In this document: in pieces, positions 1-14,919 of the stretch
How positions within the stretch are numbered: the stretch's first letter is position 1
How the letters are laid out: every line of letters starts with the position of its first letter
Assembly: GCF_009914755.1 (NCBI RefSeq)
Contig: NC_060947.1
Length of the DNA stretch: 64,000 nt
Strand: one strand, 5' to 3'
Origin: the human T2T-CHM13v2.0 reference genome, Homo sapiens
Translations under genes and position numbers: made by a program
The notes under the pieces: generated by a model
What the model saw: the letters and a program-made list of their open reading frames with translations, nothing else
The model's database searches: none
What the model was told of the DNA's origin: nothing

Positions 1-546
1 TGATGATTGTTAAAAAAAAAAAGAAAAGAAAAAGACACCTTATACATCTATACTCCACCTCAAAACCATCATTAGCTTATCTTTACAAATTTTTGAAACC
101 CCAAACCTATCAGCTTGGCTTTCAATGCCTTCTTTTGCCAGCCCAGCCTAACTGTCCACCCCTCACCGTTAACTCCCAGGTGCCCAGCATATCCCGGTCA
201 CTGGGTTGCTCATTATTCGCAAGACCACCATACTCTCTCCCATCTTTACAGCTTTGATTTTACAGCTTCTTCTACCCACCAAAGACCTGGCTCTCCTCAA
301 GCCTAAAACAAGTGCTACACCACCTAGGAATAAAGCCTTTACTGATTTTTCCATCGATATTAACCTCCCCGTATTCTACCGACTTTTTGTCCTTCCTTTA
401 CTTTGTCATGTGGAACCATCTACTTTATATCACTTATATGTTCATGTGACTGTTTCCCTCAGTAGACCATGGGATTCTTAAGTGGTGAAGCAGGGCCACT
501 AAGATGTACAACCCCAAGAAAAACAAGATAACACTAAAGTCTAGGT

Positions 547-764
547 CAGAGGCTGGAAAATGTTTTCTGTAAAGAGCCATATGGTATTTTAGGCTTTGTG
601 GCCATTTGGTTTCTGTCACAACTACTCAACTGTACCATTTTAGTTCAAAAGTATCCACAGACAATATGTAAATGAATGAATATGGCTGTCTTCAAATAAA
701 ACTTTATTTATAAAACAGGCAGTGGACTGAATTTGATCCATGGACTATAATATGCTGCTCCATG
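547..764 (+). mobile_element. MER58A (hAT-Charlie)
   Basis: ACAACTACTCAACT and AATAAAACTTTATTTA core motifs. Confidence 0.85.
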
Positions 765-1281
765 ATCTATGTGAATGATACTTTCTAGAGCACAGCATGA
801 GTGGGGTCCCCTGAAATATAATCTGGGAAGTCCTGGGGAGAATTAATATACTTCTTAGTCATCTTTGTATCTTTTACCCCATTTCCCACCAGCACCTAGT
901 AGAGCCTTCAATGTAGTATGCTCTCAATGTTTGTTTTTGTTTTTCTGAATTAAATATGCCTGAAAAGATACCAACTTAGTTAATCATAACAGCACTTTGA
1001 GAACTTCATTACCTTTTAAAACTATCTTGCAAGTTTGTAGTAAAGTAGTTCAAGAAGGAATCTTGTAAGCCCAAGAATCATAAAAATAATGTAACAGGGG
1101 AAGATGTGAGCTCAAAACATCTAAGGATTAGCAGCTGAAAGAAGAGAATCTGACATCAGAGCTGGGTAAAAGCAACAAAAAGGCATTTCAGTTCTGAGAA
1201 ACCAGCACCAAGGAACATCACATCATATGTGATAGATGTCTCACAACACCCTCTAAATCCATGTGAATAATGCATTTAATG

Positions 1282-1470
1282 CCAGCACTTCAATGCTGGA
1301 AAGATGTTCATGATTTGGAGGAAACTCAGAGAGCAACCAAAATGATTAAGAGACTGAAAGGACTCATTTGTGAGCAGCTAAAAAAGAAGCCAAATATGAG
1401 CTTGGTCTGCTGATTGCTAGAAGATGGGGAAAAGGTGTACAAATTACTGAATGCTGTAAACACCAGGAAG
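1282..1470 (+). mobile_element. CR1/L3 relic
   Basis: CAGAGAGCAACCAAAATGATTAAGAGACTGAA resembles the CR1 ORF2 3' end. Confidence 0.6.
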
Positions 1471-1645
1471 AGGAGGAATGATGGTCAGCTCTACTGGACT
1501 TAGCTCTTGGTAGGCACATATCTCGGGCATTAACACATTCCTCTCATTATTGGGTCTTAAAACATTTATGGGCCATGTGAATAATATATAACTGGAAATG
1601 CTGTGATTGGTAATGTTCTATTATTACAGGAAAATAGTATAACTT

Positions 1646-1723
1646 AATTATACTTTAAGTTCTAGGTTAAAGGTGCACAACGTGCGGGTTTGTTACATAT
1701 GTATACATGTGCCATGTTGGTGT
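1646..1723 (-). mobile_element. ~80-bp L1PA4/5-like 3' terminal fragment, no tail
   Basis: Closely matches 3161-3238 (TTATACTTTAAGTTCTAG...GTGCCATGTTGGTGT). Confidence 0.85.
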
Positions 1724-2187
1724 TCCAGAAGAGCAAATACAAGACAAACTATTAAGGAAGCAAATGTTCCAGGAATGTTAGGCGAGCTAAGAGAATAAAA
1801 ACTCACTAATAGTACACTCTTAGAAGTATCAAATATATACAATCGTGGGTAACAGTATATCATTCATAACTGTTTAAATTAAAGCACAAAGATGCAAAAA
1901 TAGCTAGATATTTCCTTCCTTTCCTTCCTTGCTTTCTTCCTTCCTTCCTTCTTTCATTCAATTCATTCATTCATTCAACCATCAGTCCATCCATCATAGA
2001 TCCATCCACCATGTATTTATCCACCAATCCATCTACCCATCCCACATAACTACTGCCTATGCACTATTTGCTAGGTCCTGTGCTGGTGATACAAAGTAAT
2101 ACTGCACAGGGCCTAAACTAAAAACGAAAACAAAAAAATAAACCTACAGTCTAAGAGTAGGGTCAGGGAATACTTTAAAATATAACT

Positions 2188-2630
<443 letters not shown>

Positions 2631-3967
2631 AATTGTAAGTTGAGTGAGATGAGGGACATCTTCCATGTAAAAAGTGGGCTAAGAAGGAACAGATAAGTTC
2701 AATAGAGAGTGATAAGGGAACAAAGAAACATGGCCCCTAACTCAGATGAGAGAAAGGGGAAAGGTCGGGATATTCCCAGGGGAATTGATATCTTGGCTAA
2801 GTCCTAAAGAATTCTGAGGCATCTATTAATCAGAAGGAGTGGGAATAACCATCCCAGGTAGGAAGAATAATATGTTTAAAAGACTGGAGATAAAGTGCTA
2901 GATCATTTTATCACAACACATGTGGAACTGACACAAGTACTTCAGATTGTTTTAGACAAATAGTGTAAGGTAGGTGGTGATCTTAAAAATAATAATTAGA
3001 ATATATTATGATTGTGGGTGAGTTTTATGTTCCTTATTAATTTTTGTCTCTTCCAAAATTTATCCATTAACAAAATCACACCCTTCTATGGCCAAATAAT
3101 TGCAAACATTTATAAGGACTTATTCTGTGTTTGAAACTATTTTAAAATCTTTTTTTTTTTAATTATACTTTAAGTTCTAGGGTACATGTGCACAACGTGC
3201 AGGTTTGTTACATATGTATACATGTGCCATGTTGGTGTGCTGCACCCGATAACTCATCATTTACATTACGTATATCTCCTAATGCTTTCCTTTCCCCCTC
3301 CCCCCACCCCACGACAGGCCCCGGTGTGTGATGTTCCCCTTCCTGTGTCCAAGTGTTCTCATTGTTCAATTCTCACCTATGAGTGAGAATATGCGGTGTT
3401 TGGTTTTTTGTCCTTGCAACAGTTTGCTGAGAATGATGGTTTCCAGCTTCATCCATGTCCCTACAAAGGACATGAACTCATCCTTTTTTATGGCTGCATA
3501 GTATTCCATGGTGTATATATGCCACATTTTCTTAATCCAGTCTATCATTGATGGACATTTGAGTTGGTTCCAAGTCTTTGCTATTGTGAATAGTGCCGCA
3601 ATAAACATACGTGTGCATGTGTCTTTATAGAAGCATGATTTATAATCCTTTGGGTATATACCCAGTAATGGGGTGGCTGGGTCAAATGGTATTTCTAGTT
3701 CTAAATCCTTGAGGAATCGCCACACTGTCTTCCACAATGGTTGAACTAATTTACAGTCTCACCAGCAGTGTAAAAGCGTTCCTATTTCTCCACATCCTCT
3801 CCAGCACCTGTTGTTTCCTGACTTTTTAATGATGGCCATTCTAACTGGTGTGAGATGGTATCTCATTGTGCTTTTGATTTGCATTTTTCTGATGGCCAGT
3901 GATGATGAGCATTTTTTCATGTGTCTGTTGGCTGCATAAATGTCTTCTTTTGAGAAGTGTCTGTTCA

Positions 3968-4404
<437 letters not shown>

Positions 4405-4406
4405 CT

Positions 4407-4994
<588 letters not shown>

Positions 4995-5194
4995 TTACCT
5001 TGGGCAGTATGGCCATTTTCAGGATATTGATTCTTCCTATCCATGAGCATGGAATGTTCTTCCATTTGTTTGTGTCCTCTTTTATTTCATTGAGCAGTGG
5101 TTTGTAGTTCTCCTTGAACAGGTCCTTCATATCTCTTGTGAACTGGATTCCTAGGTATTTTATTCTCTTTGAAGCAATTGTGAATGGGAGTTCA

Positions 5195-6328
<1,134 letters not shown>

Positions 6329-8647
6329 CTATCAATTTTGTTGATCATTTCAAAAAACCAGCTCCTGGATTCACTGATTTTTTGAAGGGTTTTTTGTGTC
6401 TCTATCTCCTTCAGTTCTGCTCTGATCTCAGTTATTTCTTGCCTTCTGCTAGCTTCTGAATGTGTTTGCTCTTGCTTCTCTAGTTCTTTTAATTGTGATG
6501 TTAGGTTGTCAATTTTAGATCTTTCCTGCTTTCTCTTGTGGCATTTAGTGCTATAAATTTCCCTCTACACACTGCTTTAAATGTGTCCCAGAGATTCTGG
6601 TATGTTGTGTCTTTGTTCTCATTGGTTTCAAAGAACATCTTTATTTCTGCCTTCATTTCGTTATGTACCCAGTAGTCATTCAGGAACAGGTTGTTCAGTT
6701 TCCATGTAGTTGTGTAGTTTTGAGTGAGTTTCTTAATCCTGAGTTCTAGTTTGATTGCACTGTGGTCTGAGAGACAGTTTGTAATGATTTCTGTTCTTTT
6801 ACATTTGCTGAGGAGTGCTTTACTTCCAACTATGTGGAAGTAATTTTGGAATAAGTGTGATGTGGTGCTGAGAAGAATGTATATTCTTTTGATTTGGGGT
6901 GGAGAGTTCTGTAGATGTCTATTAGGTCTGCTTGGTGCAGAGCTGAGTTCAATTCCTGGATATCCTTGTTAACTTTCTGTCTCGTTGACCTTTCTAATGT
7001 TGATAGTGGGGTGTTAAAGTCTCCCATTATTATTGTGTGGGAGTCTAAGTCTCTTTGTAGATCTCTAAGGACTTGCTTTATGAATCTGGGTGCTCCTGTG
7101 TTGGGTGCATATATCTTTAGGACACTTAGCTCTTCTTGTTGAATTGATCCCTTTACCATTATGTAATGGCCTTCTTTTTCTCTTTTGATCTTTGTTGGTT
7201 TAAAGTCTGTTTTATGAGAGACTAGGATTGCAAGTCCTGCCTTTTTTTTGTTTTCCATTTGCTTCGTAGATCTTCCTCCATCCCTTTATTTTGAGCCTAT
7301 GTGTGTCTCTGCATGTGAGATGGGTCTCCTGAATACAGCACACTGATGGGTCTTGACTCTTAATCCAATTTGCCAGTCTTTGTCTTTTAATTGGAGCATT
7401 TAGCCCATTTACATTTAAGGTTAATATTGTCATGTGTGAATTTGATCCTGTCATTATGATGTTAGCTGGTTATTTTGCTCGTTAGTTGATGCAGCTTCTT
7501 CCTAGCCTCGATGGTCTTTGTTTTTGCAGTGGCTGGTACTAGTTGTTCCTTTCCATGTTTAGTGCTTCCTTCAGGAGCTCTTTTAGGGCAGGCCTTGTGG
7601 TGACAAAATCTCTCAACATTTGCTTGTCTGTAAAGGATTTTATTTCTCCTTTACTTATGAAGCTTAGTTTGGCTGGATATGAAATTCTGGGTTGAAAATT
7701 CTTTCCTTTAAGAATAGTGAATATTTTTCCCCACTCTCTTCTGGCTTGTAGAGTTTCTGCCAAGAGATCTGCTGTTAGTCTGATGGGCTTCCCTTTGTGG
7801 GTAACCCGACCTTTCTCTTTGGTTGCCCTTAACATTTTTTCCTTCATTCCAGCTTTGGTGAATCTGACAGTTACCTGTCTTGGCGTTGCTCTTCTCGAGG
7901 AGTATCTTTGTGGCATTCTTTGTATTTCCTGAATTTGAATGTTGGCCTGCCTTGCTAGGTTGGGGATGTTTTCCTGGATAATATCCTGAAGAGTGTTTTC
8001 CAACTTGGTTCCATTATCCTCGTCACTTTCAGGTACACCAATCAGATGCAGATTTGGTCTTTTCACATAGTCTCATATTTCTTGGAGGCTTTGTTCATTT
8101 CTTTTTACTCTTTTTTCTCTAAGCTTCTCTTCTCGCTTCATTTCATTAATTTGATCTTGAATCACTGATACCCTTTCTTCCAGTTGATCGAATCGGCTAC
8201 TGAAGCTTGTGCATGCGTCACGTAGTTCTTGCGCCATGGTTTTCAGCTCTATCAGGTCATTTAAGGACTTCTCTACACTGTTTATTCTACTTAGCCATTT
8301 ATTTAATCTTTTTTGAAGGTTTTTAGCTTCTTTGTGATGGGTTCGAACTTCTTCCTTTAACTTGGAGAAGTTTGATCATCTGAAGCCTCCTCTCAACTCG
8401 TCAAAGTCATTCTCCTTCCAGCTTTGTTCCACTGCTGGCGAGGAGCTGCATTCCTTTGGAGGGGGAGAGGTGCTCTGATTTTTAGGATTTTCAGCTTTTC
8501 TGCTCTGTTTTTTCACCATCTTTGTGGTTTTATCTACCTTTGGTCTTTGATGATGGTGACGTACAGATGGGGTTTTGGTGTGGATGTCCTTTCTGTTTGT
8601 TAGTTTTCCTTCTAACAGTGAGGACCCTCAGCTGCAGGTCTGTTGGA

Positions 8648-8776
8648 GTTTGCTGGAGGTCCACTCCAGATCCTGTTTGCCTGGGTATCAGCAGCGGAGG
8701 CTGCAGAACAGTGAATGTTGCTGAACAGCCAATGTTGCTGCCTGATCTTTCCTCTGGAAGCTTCATTTCAGAGGGG
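8648..8776 (-). promoter_or_regulatory. 129-bp L1 5'UTR segment retained in L1PA4-6 (ZNF93 repressor target)
   Basis: Extra segment between GTCTGTTGGA and TACCCGGCC that is absent from L1HS. 5'UTR is ~1020 nt rather than ~900 nt. Confidence 0.7.
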
Positions 8777-9094
8777 TACCCGGCCATGTGAGGTGTCAAT
8801 CTACCCCTACTCAGGGGTGCCTCCCAGTTAGGTTACTCGGGGGTCAGGGACCCACTTGAGGAGGCAGTCTGTCTGTTCTCAGATCTCAAACTCCATTCTG
8901 GGAGAACCACTACTCTCTTCAAAGCTGTCAGACAGGGACATTTAAGTCTGCAGAGGTTTCTGCTGCCTTTTGTTTGGCTATGCCCTGCCCCGAGAGGTGG
9001 AGTCTACAGAGTCAGGCAGGCCTCCTTGAGCTGCTGTGGGCTCCACCCAGTTCAAGCTTCCAGGCCGCTTTGTTTACCTACTCAAGCCTCAGCA

Positions 9095-9550
9095 ATGACA
9101 GGCGCCCATTCCCCATCCTCGCTGCTGCCTTGCAGTTCGATCTCAGATTGCTGTGCTAGCAATGAGTGAGGCTCCGTGGGTGTGGGACCCTCCGAGCCAG
9201 GCGCAGGATATAATCTCCTGGTGTGCCGCTTGCTAAGACCATTGCAAAAGTGCAGTATTAGGGTGGGAGTGACCCGATTTTCCAGGTGCCATCTGTCACC
9301 CCTTCCCTTGGCTAGGAAAGGGAATTCCCTGACCCCTTGCGCTTCCCGGGTGAGGCAATGCCTCACCCTGGTCCGGCTCACGCTCGGTGGGCTGCACCCA
9401 CTGTCCTGCCCCCACTGTCTGATAAGCCCCAGTGAGATGAACGTGGTACCTCAGTTGGAAATGCAGAAATCCCTCGTCTTCTGCGTCGCTCAGGCTGGGA
9501 GCTGTAGACTGGAGCTGTTCCTATTCGGCCATCTTGGAACTTCTTTCTGA
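9095..9550 (+). pseudogene. L1 ORF0 homologue (antisense 5'UTR ORF) interrupted by TGA at 9167
   Basis: MTGAHSPSSLLPCSSISDCCASNE*GSVGVGPSEPGAGYNLLVCR...IRVGVTRFSRC resembles primate ORF0. Confidence 0.75.
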
Positions 9551-11249
9551 AACTATTCTAAAATCTTTATGTATATTAAGTGATTTTATCCACTTAACAG
9601 CTCTATGAGGTAGGTACTATTATTGCTCCTATTTTAGAGATGAGGAATAGAGGCAGAGAGAGGTTAAATAACATAACTGAATTATACAGATAGTAGCAGA
9701 GCAGCATTTCCTAATTGGGGCATCTTACTCCAGAATCTCTGCTTTTATGTCCACTGTGCTCCTGCAAACCTTCTAATTCAAGAGCCTGTTTTCATATCTT
9801 TACTTCTGTAACTCACCTAAAAGTTGATCCAACAAATAATCAGGGACACAGTCAAGTATTTTGGGAGAAGAATGTTCATAGCAGCAAAACTTACAGTCAT
9901 AAAATATTAGATAGAAAATAACCTATATGTCCTACAATGTAGAATGTTTAATCATGGTATAGACCATTAGGCAAGCATTAGAAATTATGATCTAGAAGAA
10001 AAATAAGTAACATGGGAAATGCTCAGTATAAAGGTCAAAGGGAAATGCAAAGATACAAACTGTGATCCTAGCAATGTGTTTGTGTGTGTGTTCAGAAAGG
10101 AAATCCATTAGTCAGACTGAGTTCCAATTCCAATCTTGACTCTGTCATTTATTACTTTTGTTACCTTGGATAATAATTTCATCCCTCTTTACCCCAGTTT
10201 TCTCATCAGAAAATTGGGATGAGTTGTTGTAAGGGTTAAAAAATTCACACATGTAAAATGCTTAAAATACTGGCTGGCAAGCACTTGACAGCTATCAAAA
10301 TATAGGAAACTCTATTTAAAAATTAGAACTGAATAGTACACATTCAGATGGTAGTTTAATAAGTATTCTTTGTAGTCTAGGATCCAATATTTTATAGCTT
10401 CCTCCAATTATTTTTCCCTTTTACACTTGAAAAAATAATTGTAAGTCGAGTGAGATGAGGGGCATTTTCCATTGCAAGCAAAAAGTATTTGCTTTCAGAA
10501 TCTACTTTGTCAAATTATAAGACTTACTAAACACTTAAGCAAACACTGAAGGGTTATCAAAGTTTTCTTTTTAACCAGATACCTTCTCAAGGCTGTATTC
10601 CTCATATTTTACTTTGGTTGAATACTCTTTAATTGTGAGGATTTAAAACTATTTAGAACTGTGTTTTCATGTCAGTTAGGATCAGTAAATTGAAGAAAAT
10701 TACAAATTGGCTTTTGAAGAGCCTAAGGCCATATATAGTTTATTTCTCATCCATGTTTTGAAATTATCTTAATTATATTGATTTTTAAATTTCAATTTAA
10801 AAAATAGAAGTGAGCAGTTTGAATAATAGCACCCATCTATTTTGCCTCAAAGTTTTGTTTTTCTTGTCTAATTAAGAGAATAATTATTTTTAATTGATAA
10901 GTAAAAATTGTATATATTTATGGTGTATAACATGTTTCAATATATGTACACATCATGGAATGTCTAAATTGAGCTACTTAACATATGCATTATTTCACAT
11001 ATTTATTTGTAGTGAGAACACTTAAAATCTGTCATTAAGGAAATTCTTGAAGTCATTGGAGCTGGTCTCAGGAATAAAGCTACTGGTTCAGGGGCATGTG
11101 ACTTTCAGTGCTCTGCCCAGAATCTTCAAAGTAGAATCAATGGCTTAAGCACTTTCTTAAGAAAACGCTGGAAAATCATTGACCAAGGAAATTAGGTTAT
11201 TTTGCTGCTCACACCATTAAGAATCTGGTTTCCTGGCAGGCTTTCATAG

Positions 11250-11257
11250 TCTTTCTT

Positions 11258-11290
<33 letters not shown>

Positions 11291-11305
11291 CTCTCTCTCT
11301 CTCTC
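11250..11305 (+). repeat. (CT)n(GT)7(CT)n microsatellite forming the exon 8 polypyrimidine tract
   Basis: Directly abuts the acceptor AG. Confidence 0.95.
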
Positions 11306-11307
11306 AG

Positions 11308-11457
11308 GTCTCCTATGTAAAAGCGATTGACATCTGGATGGCGGTGTGCCTTCTGTTTGTGTTTGCTGCCTTACTGGAATACGCAGCGGTGAACTTCGTC
11401 TCCAGGCAACACAAGGAGTTCCTGCGCCTCCGAAGAAGACAGAAGAGGCAGAATAAG
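11308..11457 (+). CDS. GLRA2: Glycine receptor alpha-2, penultimate coding exon (exon 8): TM2-3 loop end, TM3, basic cytoplasmic cluster
   Basis: CAG|GTC acceptor and AAG|GTATGA donor. 150 nt, phase 0-0. Encodes [50 protein letters not shown], a Cys-loop TM3 with the alpha-2-type loop start. Confidence 0.97.
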
Positions 11458-11625
11458 GTATGATTGCCCCTCAGTTCAGACAATGTAGAGCTTGAGTTGG
11501 TTAGCTAGGCAATGTAATTCAGAAAACAGAAGAGCACACAATAAGCAAGAAGCCAAGGTTAATTTTTGTTCTGATTTGTCCTACTACACTGACTTAGTGC
11601 TCAGCTTAGGCCTTTAAAATTGGGG

Positions 11626-11805
11626 AGGATTGTCAGATTCAGCAAATAAAAATACATATCATGGAGTTAAACTGGAATTTCAGATAACAAGAAACAATTT
11701 TTAGTATAAGCACATACCAAATATTGCATGGGACATACTTATACTAAAAATTGTTTATCTGAAATTCGGAAGTAACTGGGCTCCCTGTATTTATCTGGCA
11801 ACTCT
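11626..11805. mobile_element. MER53 palindromic hAT MITE
   Basis: TIRs AGGATTGTCAGA / TCTGGCAACTCT. Perfect 8-bp TSD AATTGGGG at 11618-11625 and 11806-11813. Central fold-back. Confidence 0.88.
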
Positions 11806-11867
11806 AATTGGGGATATATACTTGATTTGACAAAGTTACTTTAAAATCCTGGTTCTTCTAAATATTG

Positions 11868-11869
<2 letters not shown>

Positions 11870-11933
<64 letters not shown>

Positions 11934-11946
11934 CGTGCGTGTACAT
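11870..11946. repeat. (GT)27(GC)5 alternating purine-pyrimidine tract
   Basis: Read directly from the sequence. Confidence 0.95.
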
Positions 11947-12139
11947 CACTGATCTGATTGACTTTTTTTCATCAATTGCTCTGGCTTTATGTAAATTATG
12001 CCGTACCCATGTAGATTGCAACATGATAAATCCAGTGAGACTGGCCTCATTATCTCAACTTAAACTTTAGTGCAGAATTCTAAGCTTTACACTGTCCAGA
12101 GACTTCAGGTTTGAAATGCATAGCTCAAGATCTCCAGTC

Positions 12140-12312
12140 CTGTGGTTCCCAAACTTGCCTGCACATTAGAATCGCCTGGGGATATTTTAAAAATCCCAAG
12201 CCTTAGACACACCTTACACCAACTAAACCTCAATGTTAGGAGGGGCACCAGCCTCTGTATTTCTGCAGCTCCCCAGGCAATTCTGGTGTGCAGACATGCT
12301 TGGAAAGCACTG
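12140..12312. mobile_element. MER5A-like
   Basis: GTGGTTCCCAAACTTGCCTGCACATTAGAATC start. Confidence 0.75.
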
Positions 12313-13112
12313 TTCTGGTTTATAACCCAATCTCATAGAGGCTATCAAAAGGCTTGCACCTGTTTTCCATTTCAAACTCTGGGAGAGAAACATACCCTTT
12401 GATATGAAGAATGTTACCTCCTGTAACAATATTGCTTGAGAACTAAAGTTAACATTTTATGTACAGTAGAGAGAGAAAGATTTTTCAAAATCTGTTCCAG
12501 AAAATATTTGATAAATTAATCCTGCTGGTGAAGTAATAGTTATATGCTACTCTGTTGGAATGAAAACAAAAATATTTCACAGTCCCTATTAATGCTGCAA
12601 ATACCTAGATGTAAAGCTGAATATTTGTTGTGAGACATTGCTTATATTGAGGAGTTTATGTGGGTATGAGCTCACTGAGTTCTGACTGCATCCACTGAAA
12701 GGTTTCCTGCACATACTCTGGGCTGGAAGAGATAAATCTATCCTGTTAGCTGCCCTGTCTCACTCTTCGCTACCTCTCAGGAACATTTTGTCCTGCCATA
12801 GATAAGGAAAACAAGTAAACAAGCACAAATATCCTCTTTGCTGTACATTACCTTTTAATGTTGTGCCTTTCTCAATTTTCTCCTCACTGCCTCCCTGTTG
12901 GTGCTAACGTTTCTTTAATCACATTCACAGAAGTCCAGCACACAGCAGCAAAAGTTCAGGATCACTTGTGCCACCTAGAAAATATTCTTACATTACGATG
13001 GTATTTCAACACAAAACAGTACAGAGTTAAAAGAATTCATGCTGCAACTGTCTATTGGTCAGTGGATGGTTTAAGTCCTTCAACAACTTCTTTTACATAT
13101 GGTAATACTGCT

Positions 13113-13293
13113 CAGGTTTCCCAAACTTACCTTATCATAATGAGACTCACCTAGGACCCTTGTGAAACATACTAATTCTCAGCAAAATTCCTTTCAGATG
13201 TTGATTTATAAAGTTGGGTGGAATACAAGAATCTGTACCCTTAATAAGCACTCTAGGTGATTATTATGATGAGATAAATTTAAGAAACACTAT
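13113..13293. mobile_element. MER5-like
   Basis: CAGGTTTCCCAAACTT...TTAAGAAACACT. Confidence 0.65.
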
Positions 13294-13489
13294 CCTGGCT
13301 TACTGACTGCATACTCTCCTAGACCAAAGATGGAAAATGGGTTTCATTTTGCTTCCCAATTCTAAATAGTTGTTAGGGAATTTTTGAAATGCTGTGTGAA
13401 GGATTCTTAGACTGTACCTGGGCTCTGTGGGAATGAGATCTGTCATCAATTAGCAATGTCTGGCATTACATAATAACAGATATTAAAGA

Positions 13490-14710
13490 CTAATTTTTAA
13501 AAAAGTATAACTAGCAAACAAGGGGGGTTGGATATGGAATAATAAACAGACAAAATCAATCTAAAGCACCAGCATGGCACATGTATACATATGTAACTAA
13601 CCTGCACATTGTGCACATGTACCCTAAAACTTAAAGTATAATAACAAAAAAAAAAAAGAAAGAGGGAATGCAGAACCAGACAGACAAAGAGAAAGCAAAT
13701 AGAGAAGTGGTAGATTAAACCCAAATATATTATAAATGCAGTAAAGAAAAATAGAATAAATACCTCTATTAAAAGACAAACATTTTCAGATGAAATTTAA
13801 AAATAAAACTCAACTTTAGTCAGCCTCCAATAGGCACACCTATAATATAAAGATAGAGAAAGCTTCAAAGTAACTGTGGATAAAGATATCTCATGCAAAC
13901 ACTAACCAAATAAAGCCAGTTTAGCTCCATTAATATTAGATAAAGTAGACTTTAAGACCAAAATTATTACTAGAAATAGAGATATTTCATAATCAAAATG
14001 ATCACTTCAATAGGGGGATGTGATTACTATAGATATGTATACAACGAATAACATGGCCTCAGAATACACCAAGTTTAAATTGACAGATATAAAGAAGAAA
14101 TAGACAAACTCACACTCATAGTGAGGAATTGTAATATACCTCTCAGCAACTGATAGAAAAAAAGCAGACAGAAAGATCAGTAAGGATATAAAACATTTAA
14201 CAACATAATTAACAAACTACACCCTCAAATGCAGTAAACATATACTTTTCAAGTCAGAAGAAACATTTTGGTATATTTATCATGAGTTGGACTATAACGC
14301 ACCTCATAACAAATATCAAAACACTGAAATAATATTATCTGATTAAATAGAATTAGGCTAAAAATCAATGGTACAAAGATAACTAGAACATCTCTATAAA
14401 TTGGGAAATAACCAAATACTTCTGAAATAATTCAGGAATCAAAAAGAATTCACATTGGAAGTTAGAAAATATTTTGAATTGAAAGATAAATTGTACATAT
14501 CAAAATATATGAACTGAGCTAAAGCCATGCTTAGTGAAAAATGTATACTTCAAATGCGTATTTTATAAAGATGGAAAGCTGAAAACTGATTATCTAAGAA
14601 TCTATTTCATGGAGACAAAATGAAGAATAAGATATTAAATCCAAAGAGTGTAGAAGGAGTGAAAAACTATGAAAAAAAACACAAAGAGCAAAAATTAATA
14701 AAATAAAAGA
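13490..14710 (+). mobile_element. Old L1M fragment (inter-ORF spacer and ORF2 endonuclease region)
   Basis: Degenerate ATTAAAAGACAAA, GATAAAGTAGACTTTAAG, GAAATAGACAA, GTTAGAAAATATTTTGAATTGAA motifs. Confidence 0.75.
13566..13657 (+). mobile_element. ~90-bp L1PA2/3-like 3' terminal fragment with poly(A)
   Basis: GCACCAGCATGGCACATG...CTAAAACTTAAAGTATAAT followed by an A tail. Confidence 0.9.
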
Positions 14711-14919
14711 ATGGTCCATTAAGTTTACTGATTATCTTGTCATGAATGTTTTCAAATCAGCATTTGGGAAGAACCAGATTGCAGTAGTTTAAGGTAGGTG
14801 AGGATATGGAAAAAGCAAGTATAGATTACTTGAAAATTTAGCTCTCAAAGGGAGAGAGGGTAAAACAAATTTCTGCACAATCTCACTCCCTGTCATCATT
14901 AGACTACTCACAGGTTAAA

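Noticed and set aside
10100-10160. Minus-strand AATAAA (10148-10153) as the end of an antisense transcript, e.g. from the tail-to-tail neighbour FANCB
   Set aside because: The hexamer sits in a MIR-like AT-rich region and I cannot identify antisense exons from sequence. Needs transcript data.
11281-11307. Apparent N-terminal extension MCVSLSLSQ of the TM3 ORF
   Set aside because: Intronic microsatellite upstream of the true acceptor.
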